From Dehalococcoidia bacterium (GTDB taxonomy: Bacteria; Chloroflexota; Dehalococcoidia; UBA2979), in the NCBI GenBank assembly GCA_041674885.1, contig JBAYUZ010000002.1, positions 1 to 55,341 on the forward strand: 55,341 nt of DNA, read 5' to 3'. Under the pieces are notes generated by a model. The model was given only the letters and a program-made list of their open reading frames with translations, was not told where the DNA came from and did no database searches. The position numbers were made by a program, and so were the translations under genes. Of the stretch, positions 53,826 through 55,341 are shown piece by piece. Every line of letters begins with the position of its first letter. Position 1 is the first letter of the stretch.

Positions 53826-54040
53826 GCGAGACGCTGCCGCCCGAGCACATCGTGCAGTTCTTCGGCTACACGCATCTGCCGCCGCACCTGCAAGCTGTGA
53901 GCAAGCCGTTCGCCGAACTCGCCGCGCACATCATCGGCACGTTGCCGCGCAATCCCGAGCGCACCGTCGCGCTGCGGAAGTTGCTCGAGAGCAAGGACGC
54001 GGCCGTGCGCGCGCTCGTCGCGAAGGACGGTGCGCCGTGA
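53822..54040 (+). CDS. hypothetical protein (72 aa)
   Basis: ATGA overlap; MSETLPPEHIVQFFGYTHLPPHLQ... Confidence 0.5.
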   Translation: MSETLPPEHIVQFFGYTHLPPHLQAVSKPFAELAAHIIGTLPRNPERTVALRKLLESKDAAVRALVAKDGAP

Positions 54041-54561
54041 GCATCTTCTCCGCCGAGCTGCGCCGCCGCGCCGTGATCGGATTCTGCGCCGCGTGGCTGA
54101 CGCTGTTCGGCGCCGTGCTTGCGGGCGCGTGCCTGTCGGGCTGCGGCGCCTCTGCACTGCAGGTCCACGCCACCGTCGCCGACACCGTCGGCCAGGTCAT
54201 CACCGCCAGCGGCGACGAGCTGCTCGACGCACGGCAGCGCGACCTCGACACCGCGCACCAGGGCGCCGCCTACCGCGAGGACGCCGCCGCCGCGGTCGCT
54301 GCCGTCCGGCTGCGCTACGAGCCAGCCGTCGCCAGCTACGACGCGCTCCGGCTTACGCATGACGCGTGGGTCGAGACGCTACTGCTCGCAGCTGCCGGTG
54401 ACCTCGACGACGCGCCGCGCTGGGCCGCGCTCGCAGCGAGGTGTCTGCGTGCATATGACGGGTGGGCGCTGGCCGCGCGGTCGCTGGGCCTCGACGTGCC
54501 GCGCGTGCCGCCGATGTTGATGACGGTCGCCGCGATGGCCCTGCCGGCGGTGACGCCATGA
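54037..54561 (+). CDS. lipoprotein (174 aa)
   Basis: GTGA overlap; AVLAGACLSGCGAS lipobox-like signal. Confidence 0.5.
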   Translation: MSIFSAELRRRAVIGFCAAWLTLFGAVLAGACLSGCGASALQVHATVADTVGQVITASGDELLDARQRDLDTAHQGAAYREDAAAAVAAVRLRYEPAVASYDALRLTHDAWVETLLLAAAGDLDDAPRWAALAARCLRAYDGWALAARSLGLDVPRVPPMLMTVAAMALPAVTP

Positions 54562-54860
54562 GCCCGCTCGCCACCACGCTCAAGTCGCTGGCTGACGCTG
54601 GCTCCGTCGCCACGCTCGCGATGCCGCCCGGCATCGGCCGCGACATCGCCACGATCCTCACGGCCGCGCTTGGCGTCTCGTCGTCGCTGGCGAAGGGCGG
54701 CGCCTCCCGCGACGAGATCGTGCGCGCCATCCGCCGCGTACCCGACCTGCACCCGCGGATCGCCGCGCAGGATGCGGCGGTCGATGCTGCCGTGGACGCG
54801 AAGCCCTCGCGCGACGACGAGCCGACCGCAGAGCACGGCGTGACGGGGAGCGGGCGGTGA
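54558..54860 (+). CDS. hypothetical protein (100 aa)
   Basis: ATGA overlap; MSPLATTLKSLADAGSVATLAMPPG... Confidence 0.5.
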   Translation: MSPLATTLKSLADAGSVATLAMPPGIGRDIATILTAALGVSSSLAKGGASRDEIVRAIRRVPDLHPRIAAQDAAVDAAVDAKPSRDDEPTAEHGVTGSGR

Positions 54861-55183
54861 GCCCACTCAACCCCGGTATCGCGCGCACCGTTGCGTGGCT
54901 GAACGCACTCGGCTTCGAGACGACGGACAGCGGCGACGGGAAGACGCACGACTTCGAGTGCGATCGCCCGCACCCGTACGTCGTGATCGTGAGCGCGCGC
55001 GAGACGCTGCTTGACGACACGGAGCGGCTGCGCGTGGCGCTCCTAGGGCGTGACATCGCGGTGGGCGATCTGCGCGAGGACGGCACCGGGCCGTACCTGC
55101 AGGCGTGCTACGTGCCGGGCAGCATCGAGCCAGCCACCATCGATCTCCAGAACGTCGACGACGCGCTGATGAGGCTGTCGTGA
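54857..55183 (+). CDS. hypothetical protein (108 aa)
   Basis: ORF track; non-repetitive sequence. Confidence 0.6.
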   Translation: MSPLNPGIARTVAWLNALGFETTDSGDGKTHDFECDRPHPYVVIVSARETLLDDTERLRVALLGRDIAVGDLREDGTGPYLQACYVPGSIEPATIDLQNVDDALMRLS

Positions 55184-55290
55184 GCGACGAACTGCAGCGC
55201 GATCTGCGGCGTGAGCGACGCACAGCAGAACAGAAGACGGCGCACCTCATGCGGCTGTTGGCGGAAGCGTCGACGCGGAGGCTCTCGTGA
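55180..55290 (+). CDS. small basic protein (36 aa)
   Basis: Hand translation VSDELQRDLRRERRTAEQKTAHLMRLLAEASTRRLS; GTGA overlaps at both ends; extends into the terminal repeat. Confidence 0.35.
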   Translation: MSDELQRDLRRERRTAEQKTAHLMRLLAEASTRRLS

Positions 55291-55341
55291 GCTGCGCCAC
55301 CGTCGCGTTCGATGCGCTGCTCGACGACATCGCCGCCGGTC
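55219..55341. repeat. Terminal direct repeat, copy 2 (identical to 1-123)
   Basis: Same 123-nt string as the window start. Confidence 0.95.

Overview
The window looks like one complete genome of a GC-rich tailed phage. Bases 1-123 are identical to 55219-55341, so the unit length is about 55,218 bp and the molecule is circular or terminally redundant. Genes are densely packed and mostly joined by ATGA/GTGA/TGATG stop-start overlaps.

Gene layout:
- 1166-8560 (minus strand): a leftward early operon of about 20 small genes, headed by a ribbon-helix-helix (RHH) protein.
- 8645-12874 (plus strand, divergent from the early operon): a six-gene operon. I read it as a type IV-B-like CRISPR-Cas effector module (csf1-like, cas11-like, csf2/cas7, csf3/cas5) plus the hallmark cysH-like PAPS-reductase gene and an extra Cas6-like RAMP gene. 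I could find no CRISPR array.
- 12974-26955: an early/middle block. It holds a RecB-family exonuclease with a Sak4-like ATPase, an N6-adenine methyltransferase, a ParB-like protein, an SF2 helicase and a RuvC-like resolvase.
- 27010-52180: the late block. It holds terS, terL, a Mu-gp29-like portal, a Mu-F-like protein, a gpI-like protease/scaffold, a decoration protein, the major capsid protein, a tRNA-Met(CAT), and the head-tail, tube, chaperone, tape-measure and tail-fiber genes.
- 52527-54561: a putative lysis region.

Two accessory insertions interrupt the structural genes. The first, at 32020-32641, holds a tRNA-like element and an RHH pair on the minus strand. The second, at 46320-49157, holds a lipoprotein, an RHH protein, a second SF2 helicase and a zinc-ribbon protein. 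I saw no integrase or transposase.

All functional calls come from motifs read in the translated ORFs and from gene order. No database search was run.
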